The notes under the pieces: model-generated
Database searches by the model: none
What the model was told of the DNA's origin: nothing
The model's input: only the letters and a program-made list of their open reading frames with translations
Virus record (IMG/VR): IMGVR_UViG_3300043392_000054
Location: 32,001 to 96,000 of that record
Origin: a virus
DNA: 64,000 nucleotides
Strand: one strand, 5' to 3'
Position numbers and translations under genes: made by a program
In this document: positions 28,610 through 38,459 of the stretch, piece by piece
Numbering within the stretch: the stretch's first letter is position 1
How the letters are laid out: each line of letters starts with the position of its first letter

Positions 28610-29017
28610 GTGAATCAAGAAAAGTCAGAAAAACCAAAAGCTCTCAGAAAGAAGAACTATTTAAACAATGCAGATTTTTACGCTGCAATAGTTGCTTCTA
28701 AAGAACAAGATAAGTTAACTAGAGATGCTGAGAAAATGTTAATTTTATTGGCTCAAAAAGCTATCAATAAAATGAAATACGTTGATGAAAAGGACAAAGA
28801 AGATTGCTTACAATTTGCAATTCTTGACCTTTTAAAATATTGGCGTAATTTTAATCCTCAGTATACAAATGCTTTTGCTTATTTTACAGAAATTGCAAAG
28901 AAAGGTTATGCTAAAGGTTGGAACGCAATTCATCCCTTAAAATATAAAGGAACCTTATCCATCGATAGAGCTGGTAGAAAGGATGGAGAAGATGGAAGTG
29001 GTATTTATACAATCTAA
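28610..29017 (+). CDS. Late-transcription sigma factor (gp55-like)
   Basis: KKNYLNNADF and NAFAYFTEI blocks typical of gp55; GTG start. Confidence 0.8.
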   Translation: MNQEKSEKPKALRKKNYLNNADFYAAIVASKEQDKLTRDAEKMLILLAQKAINKMKYVDEKDKEDCLQFAILDLLKYWRNFNPQYTNAFAYFTEIAKKGYAKGWNAIHPLKYKGTLSIDRAGRKDGEDGSGIYTI

Positions 29018-29502
29018 TGTCAATTAAAAACGTTAAACCTACTAAAAACTCTGGTTTTAATCAGGGTTATTTTAATCCACATAATCCACAAAAATATGTT
29101 GGTCCATCTCCTATTATTTATAGGTCATCATGGGAACGTAAATTTATGATATGGTGTGATTCTAATGAAAAGGTTTTAATGTGGTCTAGTGAACCTATTC
29201 AAATAGAATATCATTCTAGACAAGATAATAAGAAGCATAATTACTTTCCAGATTTTTATATGAAAGTATTACAAGCTGATGGTAAAATAAAAGAATTTTT
29301 AGTTGAAATTAAACCAAGTGCTCAAATACAAAAACCAGAACCTCCTAAAACAAAATCTAAAAAAGCAGTAGATTCATATAGATTTTTAGCAGAACAGTAT
29401 GTTAAAAATATGGATAAATATACAGCTGCTAAAGCATATTGTCTTAATAGAAATTGGAATTTCATAGTTCTAACTGAAAAATCAATCAATGGCTTACATT
29501 AA
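29017..29502 (+). CDS. Head completion nuclease (gp4-like, TnsA endonuclease fold)
   Basis: YRSSWERKFMIWCD, WSSEP, YFPDF, VEIKP. Confidence 0.88.
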   Translation: MSIKNVKPTKNSGFNQGYFNPHNPQKYVGPSPIIYRSSWERKFMIWCDSNEKVLMWSSEPIQIEYHSRQDNKKHNYFPDFYMKVLQADGKIKEFLVEIKPSAQIQKPEPPKTKSKKAVDSYRFLAEQYVKNMDKYTAAKAYCLNRNWNFIVLTEKSINGLH

Positions 29503-30103
29503 AAAAGAAATTAATAAAATTGTTAAAGATTCAGGCGGGAAAAAGAAAGCCCGCATGTTATCTGAACAATGGTTTAATGATAGTCTTAAATCTAAAAAGA
29601 TTAAAGACGTGGAATTAACGCCAAAACCATTTAAACCGGGTATGATTTACGTTTTTAATTATGTACATCCATTAGGTCAAGACCATCTAGATTGGTGGGA
29701 TAAACATCCAGTTGTATTAGCCTTAATGCCAATTGATAAGTACACGGATTGTGGTATTAATTTAAATTTATTACCATCAAAATTTAGAGAAGAACTATTA
29801 GATAAATTCTATGATGCATTTCATGCTCCAATTAATTCAAACACAAAGGGAGTTAAGAAAAATAATGCAATCTTACAAAAAGCCTTAATAGTTCGATATG
29901 ACAAAATTAAAAAGTATCTAGATAAATTTGGCTTTGGTTTTGCAATTAGAAGGTATAAACCAAACTTAAAAAGAGGTCAAGCTGTTGTTAGTTACGAGAG
30001 TTGGGCTAGAATGGCTCTTTGTGATTTCATTAAATTAAATGGTTCAACAGTTGCAGCAGTGAGACGTATGTTTGTGGAGTATAACGCTAATAGAAATTTT
30101 TAA
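29489..30103 (+). CDS. DNA end protector (gp2-like)
   Basis: PGMIYVFNY, WWDKHPVVL, GINLNLLP; adjacent to gp4. Confidence 0.75.
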   Translation: MAYIKKEINKIVKDSGGKKKARMLSEQWFNDSLKSKKIKDVELTPKPFKPGMIYVFNYVHPLGQDHLDWWDKHPVVLALMPIDKYTDCGINLNLLPSKFREELLDKFYDAFHAPINSNTKGVKKNNAILQKALIVRYDKIKKYLDKFGFGFAIRRYKPNLKRGQAVVSYESWARMALCDFIKLNGSTVAAVRRMFVEYNANRNF

Positions 30104-30145
30104 GAGAATATATAATAAAATAATATAAAACTTTAATCCATAATT

Positions 30146-31765
30146 ATGGCAGGATTCGTAGATAGAAACGGCCCATTTAGTACAGGTAAACGACAATTTA
30201 ATTTAAGTGATACACTTAAGAAATTATCGTCGTTTGGTATGTATTACGATGACATGGTATTGAGACAATCTCAAGCCATTGGACCAGCTGAGGACCAATT
30301 TGGTTACGGCCAAATGAACTTAATGGGCGTTGATTCAGATGACATTTATGGTGCATTCGCAGCACTTTCGATGGCAGATACAAACATGAGAAAGAACATT
30401 CCGTTCTTTGACATGAATTATAAATCTAAAAGAGAAGAATTAAGACAATTCTCTTTATATGATGAAATCGAGGACATTCTAGACATTTTATGTGATGAAT
30501 CAATTGTATTTGATGAAAAGAATTTCGTAGCAACACCTTCTTTAATTGGTTTAGAAGTTTCTTCAGATGTTACAGAATATTTAAATAAAGCATATAGAAA
30601 CATTTATCAATATTTTGGCTTCGCAGCTGACCAATCTATTTGGTTTTATTTTAGAAAATGGTTAATTGACGGTTATTTATCTTTTGAGATTATTTATAAC
30701 CCAGAAATGACAGAGATTATTGGTTTTAAAGAGATTGACCCAGTTACTTTGGTACCAGCTTATAATAAAGATGATGGTAAAAAAGTTTGGATTCAGTTTA
30801 AAGACGACCCGATTAAAGAGAGAAAGTTATATGATGCACAAATCATCTATATTTCTTATTCTTCTATTACAACAGCTTCTCGTATTTCTTACGTAGAAAG
30901 ATTAATTAGAGCATTCAACTTAATGAGAGTTATGGAACATACTAGAGTTATCTGGGCTGTTACTAATGCCTCATATAGAATGAAGTTTATTATTCCAGTT
31001 GGTGGTAAATCTAAGACTAGAGCAAAGCAATCGCTTGCGCAGTTAATGAATAACTATAAAGAAGTAGTTGACTTTGATTGGGATTCAGGCGTTCTTAAGA
31101 CTAATGGTAAACCAATGCTTCAATTCAATAAGGAATATTGGTTACCTTCTAAGGATGGTGAGCAACCTGAAATTGAAACTTTAGGTGGAGAAGGTCCAGA
31201 GATTAATGATGTTGATGCATTAAAGTATTTTGCCGATAAATTAAAGCACGTATCTAAGATTCCATATAGTAGATTTATGTATGAAGATGGCGGTGGAGAA
31301 AACAATCTAGCTGCAGATGGTATGATTAGAGATGAAATTAAATTCTCTAAGTTTGTAAATCGTTTACGTTCTTCATTCCAAGAAATTTTAGTGAAGCCAT
31401 TATGGTTACAAATGTGTATTAAATTCCCTGAATTTAAAGAAGACCCAGCATTCAAAACGCAAATCTCATTAAGATATAATGAAGAGAACATGTTCGCTGA
31501 AATGAAAATGATGGAGATTATGGAAAAACGTTTAGACTTTATCTCTAAAATGAAGAGCGATTTAATGATTCAAAATCCAATGACAATGGAAGAAGAATAT
31601 TACTTCGATATGGACTTCTTAGTTGATAAGTACCTTAAACTTTCACCAGACGATAAAGCTGCAAACGAAGCTGCTAAAGCTAGAAAGGATGCAGAAAAGG
31701 CTAAAGAACCACCAGCTGACCCAATGGGAATGGGCGGAATGGGAGGAGGCCTAGGAGGATTCTAA
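30146..31765 (+). CDS. Portal vertex protein (gp20)
   Basis: WLIDGYL, ERLIRAFN, EYWLPSKDG, EIETLGG, RDEIKFSKFVNRLR. Confidence 0.93.
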   Translation: MAGFVDRNGPFSTGKRQFNLSDTLKKLSSFGMYYDDMVLRQSQAIGPAEDQFGYGQMNLMGVDSDDIYGAFAALSMADTNMRKNIPFFDMNYKSKREELRQFSLYDEIEDILDILCDESIVFDEKNFVATPSLIGLEVSSDVTEYLNKAYRNIYQYFGFAADQSIWFYFRKWLIDGYLSFEIIYNPEMTEIIGFKEIDPVTLVPAYNKDDGKKVWIQFKDDPIKERKLYDAQIIYISYSSITTASRISYVERLIRAFNLMRVMEHTRVIWAVTNASYRMKFIIPVGGKSKTRAKQSLAQLMNNYKEVVDFDWDSGVLKTNGKPMLQFNKEYWLPSKDGEQPEIETLGGEGPEINDVDALKYFADKLKHVSKIPYSRFMYEDGGGENNLAADGMIRDEIKFSKFVNRLRSSFQEILVKPLWLQMCIKFPEFKEDPAFKTQISLRYNEENMFAEMKMMEIMEKRLDFISKMKSDLMIQNPMTMEEEYYFDMDFLVDKYLKLSPDDKAANEAAKARKDAEKAKEPPADPMGMGGMGGGLGGF

Positions 31766-31782
31766 TAAACAATAATAAAAAT

Positions 31783-32154
31783 ATGAAAACTTACATTAAA
31801 ACATTTGAGCAATTCATTTTTGAAAATGATAACTCTGTAAAGGCACCAGATTCTAAAGTATTTATAGATGATGTAACTATTGAATCAGGAGAAACAATTA
31901 AAGCTGCTGAAATTTTAGGTGCTATCACTTCATCTGAAACTGAAGAAGAATTTAAATCTTATTTCTTCGAAACATACGGGCAAAACGCATTTACAGTAGA
32001 AGATATGGGTAAATTATTAACCTATTTTAATAAGTACCAAGAAGAAAAAAATCAAGAAGAGACTGATAAAGAAGAAGCTGAAAAATCAAAAGAAGGAGGC
32101 GAAACAGCTGATATCGGTGGTGGAGATGCAGAAGCTGATTTAGGTAAATTATAA
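31783..32154 (+). CDS. Small acidic prohead-core / internal protein
   Basis: MKTYIKTFEQFIFE N-terminus, acidic tail, located between portal and protease. Confidence 0.6.
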   Translation: MKTYIKTFEQFIFENDNSVKAPDSKVFIDDVTIESGETIKAAEILGAITSSETEEEFKSYFFETYGQNAFTVEDMGKLLTYFNKYQEEKNQEETDKEEAEKSKEGGETADIGGGDAEADLGKL

Positions 32155-32181
32155 TTTTTAAAAAAGTTATAATATTAAGAG

Positions 32182-32189
32182 GATATATA
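32182..32189 (+). promoter_or_regulatory. Putative late promoter GATATATA
   Basis: About 25 nt upstream of the protease gene. Confidence 0.6.
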
Positions 32190-32212
32190 ATCAAAATATA
32201 GTATTAAAATAT

Positions 32213-34063
32213 ATGAATATGAACGCAAAGCTTTTAATTCTAGAAAGAAGCGGCAATACTTTATCATTTAAACAAGACAACGCTGGTGCTTATGTATTAG
32301 AAGGAGTTTTTGGTGAAATCGATAAATTAAATCGTAATAATAGAATTTACACTGAAGATGAATACCTTCCACAGGTTGAAGCTCTTCAATCTAAAATCAA
32401 TTCATCTAAATTATTAGGCGAATTAGACCACCCACAAAATTTTGACATTTCACTTAAAAACGTTTCTCATATTATTGAGGAATTAAGATATGATAAAGCT
32501 AATAAGCAAATCTTAGGTAAGATTAGATTATTAGATACAGATGCAGGAAGACAGGCAAAAGCTTTAGTAGATGCAGGTGTTCCATTACATATTTCATCAA
32601 GAGCAGCAGGTACAGTAGAATCAAATGGTAAAGTTAAAATCAAACAATTATTTACTTATGATTTAGTAGCTGACCCAGGTTTTGCTAACGCTGAATTAAA
32701 AAGAGTTAATGAAGCTTTTGGTTTTGAAGAAGATTCAGACCTTTTAATTTATGAAATCAATCCAACAATTGAAAATACACAAACACAAATAAAAGAATCA
32801 GAAAAAATGGAACAATCAAAATTCGTTAGCTCTGAAGACTTCAATAATTACTCAAAGTATTTAGCTGAAGAAATCAAAGCTCTTAAAGAGGCTCAAGCGA
32901 AGGCAAATGACTCTGAGTCATTAAATACTCAAGTTGAGAACTTAAAGGAATATGCATCTTATTTAGCTGAAAAGGTAAATCAATCAATTGCTTATTCTGA
33001 ACACGTTGCTGAAAAAGCAGACCAAGGTATTCAATTTGCAGATACTTTAGCTGAAAAGTTAGAACAAGCTATTCAATACTCTGAGCATATTGCTGAAGGT
33101 ACTGAACAAATCAAAAACTACACAAACTATTTAGCTGAAGCATATAATGCAGGTGCAGCTACACATGAGAATGTAGTTAAGTACATGGAATACTTAAAAG
33201 AGAACTTACAAAAAGTTACTGAGTATGCTGAATACGTTGCTGAAACAGTTAACTCTAATCTATTAATGGAAGCTGATGATGTTATCGGTACACAAGCTGA
33301 TGATTTAGATGGTAAAACTAAAGATGTTTCAGGTGATATTGAATTTGATGATAAAGCAGTAGACCAATCAGCTCACGATGATTCTAAAGAATTAGAAAAG
33401 GATTTAAAAGGTGAAGATGATGCTGCAAAAGAAGTTGCTATCGATGGCGAAGCAGCTGATAAAGTTAAAACTCAAGCAGGTGAAAAAGCTGAAGAAGGCG
33501 AAGCTGGTAAAGAAGTAGTTGAATCAGTTGATAGAATGGAAGCATATAAGAATGAAATTTCTTCTAAGTTATCCGCTTTATTAGAATCAGCATCTGCAAA
33601 GCAGGTTGAAGAGCCACATTTCTTTAAATTTATTTCAGAAGCTAAGAAAGAAGAATTTAATGCTTTAACGACTGAAGAAAAAACAGCAGTAGCTGCAGCA
33701 GTAACTGGTAAAGGTTTCTTAACAGAATCTCAAATCTATGCATTATGGAACTCATCTTTAGCAGGCGCAGTAAATACAGAGAGCAACGAGCCTTACGTAT
33801 TATCAGCAATGCCTAAAGAATACAGAGAAACATACAATGCGTTATCTGAGTCAAAGAAGAATCAATTATTAGCTCAATCTAAGTATTTTAGATTAGAGAC
33901 AGAATATCAAGTAAGAAATTTCTGGCAAACAAGAGACCTGAGAGAATTTGCTCCAGTAATTGAAAGAGTAGAAATGATTAAAGAATCTACAGAAGAAGTT
34001 AAGCAATTACCATACAATATGGAAGGTGTAGCTGAAGCTTTAAATAAAAAGTTTAAAAAATAA
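32213..34063 (+). CDS. Prohead protease (gp21) fused to a scaffold-like (gp22-like) domain
   Basis: NRNNRIY, GELDHP, ISSRAAG, TYDLVADPGF; long coiled-coil/acidic C-terminal half. Confidence 0.88.
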   Translation: MNMNAKLLILERSGNTLSFKQDNAGAYVLEGVFGEIDKLNRNNRIYTEDEYLPQVEALQSKINSSKLLGELDHPQNFDISLKNVSHIIEELRYDKANKQILGKIRLLDTDAGRQAKALVDAGVPLHISSRAAGTVESNGKVKIKQLFTYDLVADPGFANAELKRVNEAFGFEEDSDLLIYEINPTIENTQTQIKESEKMEQSKFVSSEDFNNYSKYLAEEIKALKEAQAKANDSESLNTQVENLKEYASYLAEKVNQSIAYSEHVAEKADQGIQFADTLAEKLEQAIQYSEHIAEGTEQIKNYTNYLAEAYNAGAATHENVVKYMEYLKENLQKVTEYAEYVAETVNSNLLMEADDVIGTQADDLDGKTKDVSGDIEFDDKAVDQSAHDDSKELEKDLKGEDDAAKEVAIDGEAADKVKTQAGEKAEEGEAGKEVVESVDRMEAYKNEISSKLSALLESASAKQVEEPHFFKFISEAKKEEFNALTTEEKTAVAAAVTGKGFLTESQIYALWNSSLAGAVNTESNEPYVLSAMPKEYRETYNALSESKKNQLLAQSKYFRLETEYQVRNFWQTRDLREFAPVIERVEMIKESTEEVKQLPYNMEGVAEALNKKFKK

Positions 34064-34212
34064 GTTTTTTAAAAAAACACGTTTTTTAAGATAATATATA
34101 GTAAAAGATTAAAGTAATAATCGACTCTTGGATAAGAAGCAAAAATCCTACAATGTCGAGTAGCTACAACATAGTAGCAAAACAATAAACATAAAAAAAC
34201 ATTTTTAAAAAA

Positions 34213-35676
34213 ATGGCACAATTAATTAACGAAGCAGAAATCAGAGAAACATGGTCTCCGATTATCGAATCTGCAACTGGTATCACAGATGCTGGTAAAT
34301 TAGCATGGATGTCTGAGTATTGCCATAACCACAAGTTATACGAAGACGCAAACATTATGAGATTAGACCCAACTATGAACTTAAGAGGTATGGGTGCAGT
34401 TTCATTCCCTTCAGGATTTGGTTCTAACCCAACTGCAGTAGGTTCAGGTGACAAAGCTCCAACTTTATTACCATTAGCAATGCAAGTTGCTGCGCAAACT
34501 ATCGCATTAGACTTAGTTCCAGTTATTCCAATGGCTGGTCCAATGGGCTTATTATCTTACTTAGACTTCGTTTACGAAGGTGGTAGATTAGACAACGGTG
34601 TAGCTCCAACTTACGTTAAGGCTGCTGGTGTTGTTGGTGATATCGCTGCAGTTCCAGGTACTAACGGTGCTTACGAATATGCTGGTAAATCAAGAATTGA
34701 TGGTAAATCAATCTACAAAGTTGGTGCTATTGATGGTGCTAACGCAACTGTTGCTGAAGACTTAGAAGCTGCTGGTGCTACTGCTGGTTCAGTTGTTTTA
34801 GTTAAAGCATTAGAAGACCACTTACCAGGTTTCTCTGGAAAAGATTCTGAGAACGCTTACTCAAGAGAAGAAGGTGAAAGAACTCCAGATAAGTTAATGG
34901 GTCTTTCTTTATTCTCTAAGGCTGTTGAAGCTAAGACTATTCAAGTTGCTGCTGCAGTAACTAGAGAGCAAGTTCAAGACTTAAAGCAATTTGGTGTTGA
35001 CGCAGTTGCTCAAGTTGAAGCTGTTTTAGTTAACGAATTAACTCAAACTATCAACGACTTAATCATCAAGAACATCGATTCATTAGGTGCTTCTAACATC
35101 ACTAAGGCTGTTGCAGCTGGTGAAATCGCTTCAGGCGCATTAGATATTAAATTATACGGTGCTGCTGATTTCCAAGGTGGTAAGACTGAAGGTTCTGAGC
35201 ACAGAAAAATCTTAACAGGTATTTTAGCTGCTGCGAACTTAATCGCTAACAGAGGTAGAAGAGGTGCTGGTAACTTTGCGGTTGTAGGACCACAAACAGC
35301 TACAGCTTTACAATCAGTTGCTGGTTACGTACCAAACCCATTTGCTAACACAGTTTCTCAAGCTGCAGGTGCAATCTACCCAGTAGGTTCAATCGCAGGT
35401 GTTCAAGTTTACACTAACCCTAAGTGGAAGTGGAATAACTTAGACGTATTAGTTGGTAGAAAAGGTGACGGTAACGGTCCTGGTTTAGTGTTCATGCCAT
35501 ACTTAATGGCTGAATCAGTTCAAACTATCGCAGAAGGTACAATGGCTCCAAAGGTTGCTGTTAAGTCTAGATTTGCTTTAGTTGAAGCAGGTTTCCACCC
35601 AGAAACACAATACGTTAAGACTACTATCTCTGCAGTTGCAGGTTCATCATGGTCTAACTTAATTTCTTTATCTTAA
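34213..35676 (+). CDS. Major capsid protein (gp23)
   Basis: IPMAGPMG, TREQVQDLK, RRGAGNF, FMPYL, KSRFAL; strongly biased high-expression codons. Confidence 0.93.
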   Translation: MAQLINEAEIRETWSPIIESATGITDAGKLAWMSEYCHNHKLYEDANIMRLDPTMNLRGMGAVSFPSGFGSNPTAVGSGDKAPTLLPLAMQVAAQTIALDLVPVIPMAGPMGLLSYLDFVYEGGRLDNGVAPTYVKAAGVVGDIAAVPGTNGAYEYAGKSRIDGKSIYKVGAIDGANATVAEDLEAAGATAGSVVLVKALEDHLPGFSGKDSENAYSREEGERTPDKLMGLSLFSKAVEAKTIQVAAAVTREQVQDLKQFGVDAVAQVEAVLVNELTQTINDLIIKNIDSLGASNITKAVAAGEIASGALDIKLYGAADFQGGKTEGSEHRKILTGILAAANLIANRGRRGAGNFAVVGPQTATALQSVAGYVPNPFANTVSQAAGAIYPVGSIAGVQVYTNPKWKWNNLDVLVGRKGDGNGPGLVFMPYLMAESVQTIAEGTMAPKVAVKSRFALVEAGFHPETQYVKTTISAVAGSSWSNLISLS

Positions 35677-35712
35677 TTCTAAATCAAGAATTAGAAATAG
35701 TTTAATATTGCG

Positions 35713-35746
35713 AAAGGGCTCTCATTTTGGGAGCCCTTTCCTTTTT
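35713..35746 (+). terminator. Terminator after the major capsid gene
   Basis: AAAGGGCTCT-CATTTTG-GGAGCCCTTT plus a T run. Confidence 0.85.
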
Positions 35747-35798
35747 TATAAAAGAGAAAGATATATAAAGAAACAGTTATTAATATAATACTCTAAAA

Positions 35799-36872
35799 AT
35801 GGAAAAAATTAACAATTTCGAAAACTGGTATAGTAAAATTGTAGAATCAATTTCAGTATCTAAAAAAGCTGCAGAAGCAAACGAAGATAATGCAGTACAA
35901 ACTGCAGATGTTACAAATGCTACAACTTCAGCAGAAACTTCAAAAGCTAATATAATTAGCGATGTCGATTCTATTATGAATACTCTTTCTCAATTATCTG
36001 TTCAAATTAAAGAATCTATTGATTCTATTGATTTATTTGAAAGCGAAGAGGTAGAAATTTTAGAAGAAGATGTAATTAATGAATTAACGGCTGGAGAAGC
36101 TGGTAGTAAATTAGCAGATTGGATTTTTTATGCCCCTAAATATAGAAATATGCAAAAGAAAATCAATAAGATGAAGCTTAATGCTTTAGATATTCAAATT
36201 GCAGTTGATAATTTAGGAGGTTCTGAACAAGAAAGAGCTAAAGCAGATGCATTAAGAGCTAAAAAATCAACATTATCTCAACAAATATCTGATTTACAAT
36301 CTGCTGTAAATGATAAAGCAAAAGAAAGAGGAGAATATATTCAAAAGGTATTAAGCTCTGAAAAGATTAAAGGTCAAATGGAATTAGTTAAACGTTCTTC
36401 TGGTCAAGAAGATGACCCATCTAAGAAAAAGAGTTTAGCAGATTCTATGAAAGAATTACAAGCTAGATTTCAAGAAGAGGAAGCTGCTATTGCTAAATTA
36501 AAAGATAAAGCTAAACAAGACGGCGCTAAAAAGGCAAACAAAGAAAATGTCGCAGATAAAAGAGCAAAGGAACAAGCTGAAGCCGATAAAGAGGCTGCAG
36601 ATAAAGCTAAAGAAAAGCCCGAAGCTAAAGAACCTAAGAAAAAAGAGAAACCATCAGCAAAAGAATCTTTATTTATTGCTGCAACTGAATTAGGTTTAAA
36701 TGAAATGGCAGCTGAAATTTCATCTAAGCAAGATTGGCAATTTGAAGACAACTCGGCATTATATGTTAAATATAATACAGAAATAGTTAAACAACGTTCT
36801 ATTAATAAATTAAATGAATCACGTCATCAAAATTTATCAATTGCAGATAAATTTAGAATGTTATTAGACTAA
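35799..36872 (+). CDS. Late coiled-coil protein, probably head-internal
   Basis: GATATATA at 35760; IVES, IKES, LFES, INEL, LNES sites; K/E-rich segment. Confidence 0.55.
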   Translation: MEKINNFENWYSKIVESISVSKKAAEANEDNAVQTADVTNATTSAETSKANIISDVDSIMNTLSQLSVQIKESIDSIDLFESEEVEILEEDVINELTAGEAGSKLADWIFYAPKYRNMQKKINKMKLNALDIQIAVDNLGGSEQERAKADALRAKKSTLSQQISDLQSAVNDKAKERGEYIQKVLSSEKIKGQMELVKRSSGQEDDPSKKKSLADSMKELQARFQEEEAAIAKLKDKAKQDGAKKANKENVADKRAKEQAEADKEAADKAKEKPEAKEPKKKEKPSAKESLFIAATELGLNEMAAEISSKQDWQFEDNSALYVKYNTEIVKQRSINKLNESRHQNLSIADKFRMLLD

Positions 36873-37379
36873 TTATTTTTTAGAATTCTTTTTAGCTAAT
36901 TTAAGGAACTCCTTTTGCTGTTGTAGAAGGAGTTCTTTGCATTTCTTGCGAAACTCAACCGATGATTTTAAAATACGGCTATCTACCATTGGAGCTTTTA
37001 ATACATCATGATATTCTGGATGAACAAAGTTTTCTAAACTAAAATCATCCATTCTAGCTCTAATAGGTTTTCCAGATATAGCACAAACCCAATCAATAGT
37101 TTGATAATTATCCAATAGCTCTTCTTTGTGGATTATTTCCCCAGTAGACCAATCATAGAATAATTTATTGAATACATTGTGAGACTTAAATGTATAGCTG
37201 TGTTGTTCAAATAAAATTTGAACGAATTGGTCATTTTTACATCTATCTCTAAGTAACGGAAAATCATTTAACAATCTTCTTTGTGCACGAGATAAAGTTG
37301 AAAGCCTAATACCAAAACGATTCATCGGGTATGGACCACCCGTTCTAATAATCTCTGGATATTTCTTTTTAATTGCCAT
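36873..37379 (-). CDS. Hypothetical protein
   Basis: Minus-strand ORF; start moved to MAIKKK, with GATAAATA just upstream on the - strand. Confidence 0.6.
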   Translation of the reverse strand: MAIKKKYPEIIRTGGPYPMNRFGIRLSTLSRAQRRLLNDFPLLRDRCKNDQFVQILFEQHSYTFKSHNVFNKLFYDWSTGEIIHKEELLDNYQTIDWVCAISGKPIRARMDDFSLENFVHPEYHDVLKAPMVDSRILKSSVEFRKKCKELLLQQQKEFLKLAKKNSKK

Positions 37380-37393
37380 ATTATTATTTATCT

Positions 37394-37421
37394 GAAACAT
37401 TTTAAAGGTATCTTGTATAAT
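37394..37421 (+). promoter_or_regulatory. Putative middle promoter (clamp loader)
   Basis: GAAAC-N17-TATAAT. Confidence 0.65.
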
Positions 37422-37443
37422 TTAAATAACACAAATAATAAAC

Positions 37444-38394
37444 ATGGTTAACGCACTATTTACAGAAAAGTATCGTCCTAAAAATTTAGATGAATTAATT
37501 TTACCAGAAAGGGTAATGAATAAGTTTAAAAATGGTTTAACGCAAAATGTATTGTTTGCAGGTTCACCTGGAACAGGCAAAACATCAACTGCTAAAGCTA
37601 TTATTAATCAATTTGAATTACCATATTTGTATATCAATGCATCGCGAGACACTTCAGTGGATGTTATTAGAACTCAAATCACAGATTTTTGCTCTACCAT
37701 GTCAATCCTAGATGACCGTGATAAATTTAAAGTAGTTATACTAGATGAGGTCGATGGTGTGTCAGACCAGTTCTTTAAAGCTCTGAGAGCAACGATGGAA
37801 CAATTTGCTTCAAACTCTAGATTTATTGCTACCTGTAATTACATTAATAAGTTACCAGATGCTATTCTTTCTCGTTTTGAAGTCATTAATTTTGATTTTG
37901 ATAAGTCAGAAGAAACAGAATTGACCAAAAAATATATTAAGCGCGTATATGATATTTGTGGTAAAGAAGGCATGACTATCGAAAAGCCAGCTTTAGTTGA
38001 ATTTGTAAAAAGAAACTTTCCAGACTTACGTTCTACTTTAAGCAAATTACAGGGTTATAAATCGCAAGGCACCGTTAATATTGGAATTGATGATGTAAAA
38101 CGTTTCAATTCGGTCTATAAAGATGTCTTTGACCTAATTTTTAATGAAACAGACCCTGTTAAAAACTATAAACTTTTAGTTAGTGAATATTCAAATAGAG
38201 TCGATGATGTATTAGAAATGTTAGGGAGCGATTTCATTGAATATATTCAAGCTGAGAAACCAAATAATATTAAAAATATACCCCAAATTATAATTACAGT
38301 AGCAGAGCACCAAGCACAGAGAATTCACGTAATTGACCCAATCATTACAATGTTATCTTGCGTTTATCGTATACAAGAAATAGTTAGGTCTTAA
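37444..38394 (+). CDS. Clamp loader AAA+ subunit (gp44 / RFC-like)
   Basis: EKYRP, GSPGTGKT, ILDEVD, SRF. Confidence 0.92.
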   Translation: MVNALFTEKYRPKNLDELILPERVMNKFKNGLTQNVLFAGSPGTGKTSTAKAIINQFELPYLYINASRDTSVDVIRTQITDFCSTMSILDDRDKFKVVILDEVDGVSDQFFKALRATMEQFASNSRFIATCNYINKLPDAILSRFEVINFDFDKSEETELTKKYIKRVYDICGKEGMTIEKPALVEFVKRNFPDLRSTLSKLQGYKSQGTVNIGIDDVKRFNSVYKDVFDLIFNETDPVKNYKLLVSEYSNRVDDVLEMLGSDFIEYIQAEKPNNIKNIPQIIITVAEHQAQRIHVIDPIITMLSCVYRIQEIVRS

Positions 38395-38421
38395 AAAAAA
38401 TAATAGTAAATATATTTTTAC

Positions 38422-38446
38422 TTGTCATAAAAATTAGTTATATTTG
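38422..38446 (+). promoter_or_regulatory. Early / host-sigma-type promoter
   Basis: TTGTC-N12-TATATTTG. Confidence 0.65.
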
Positions 38447-38459
38447 TATAACAGATAAC

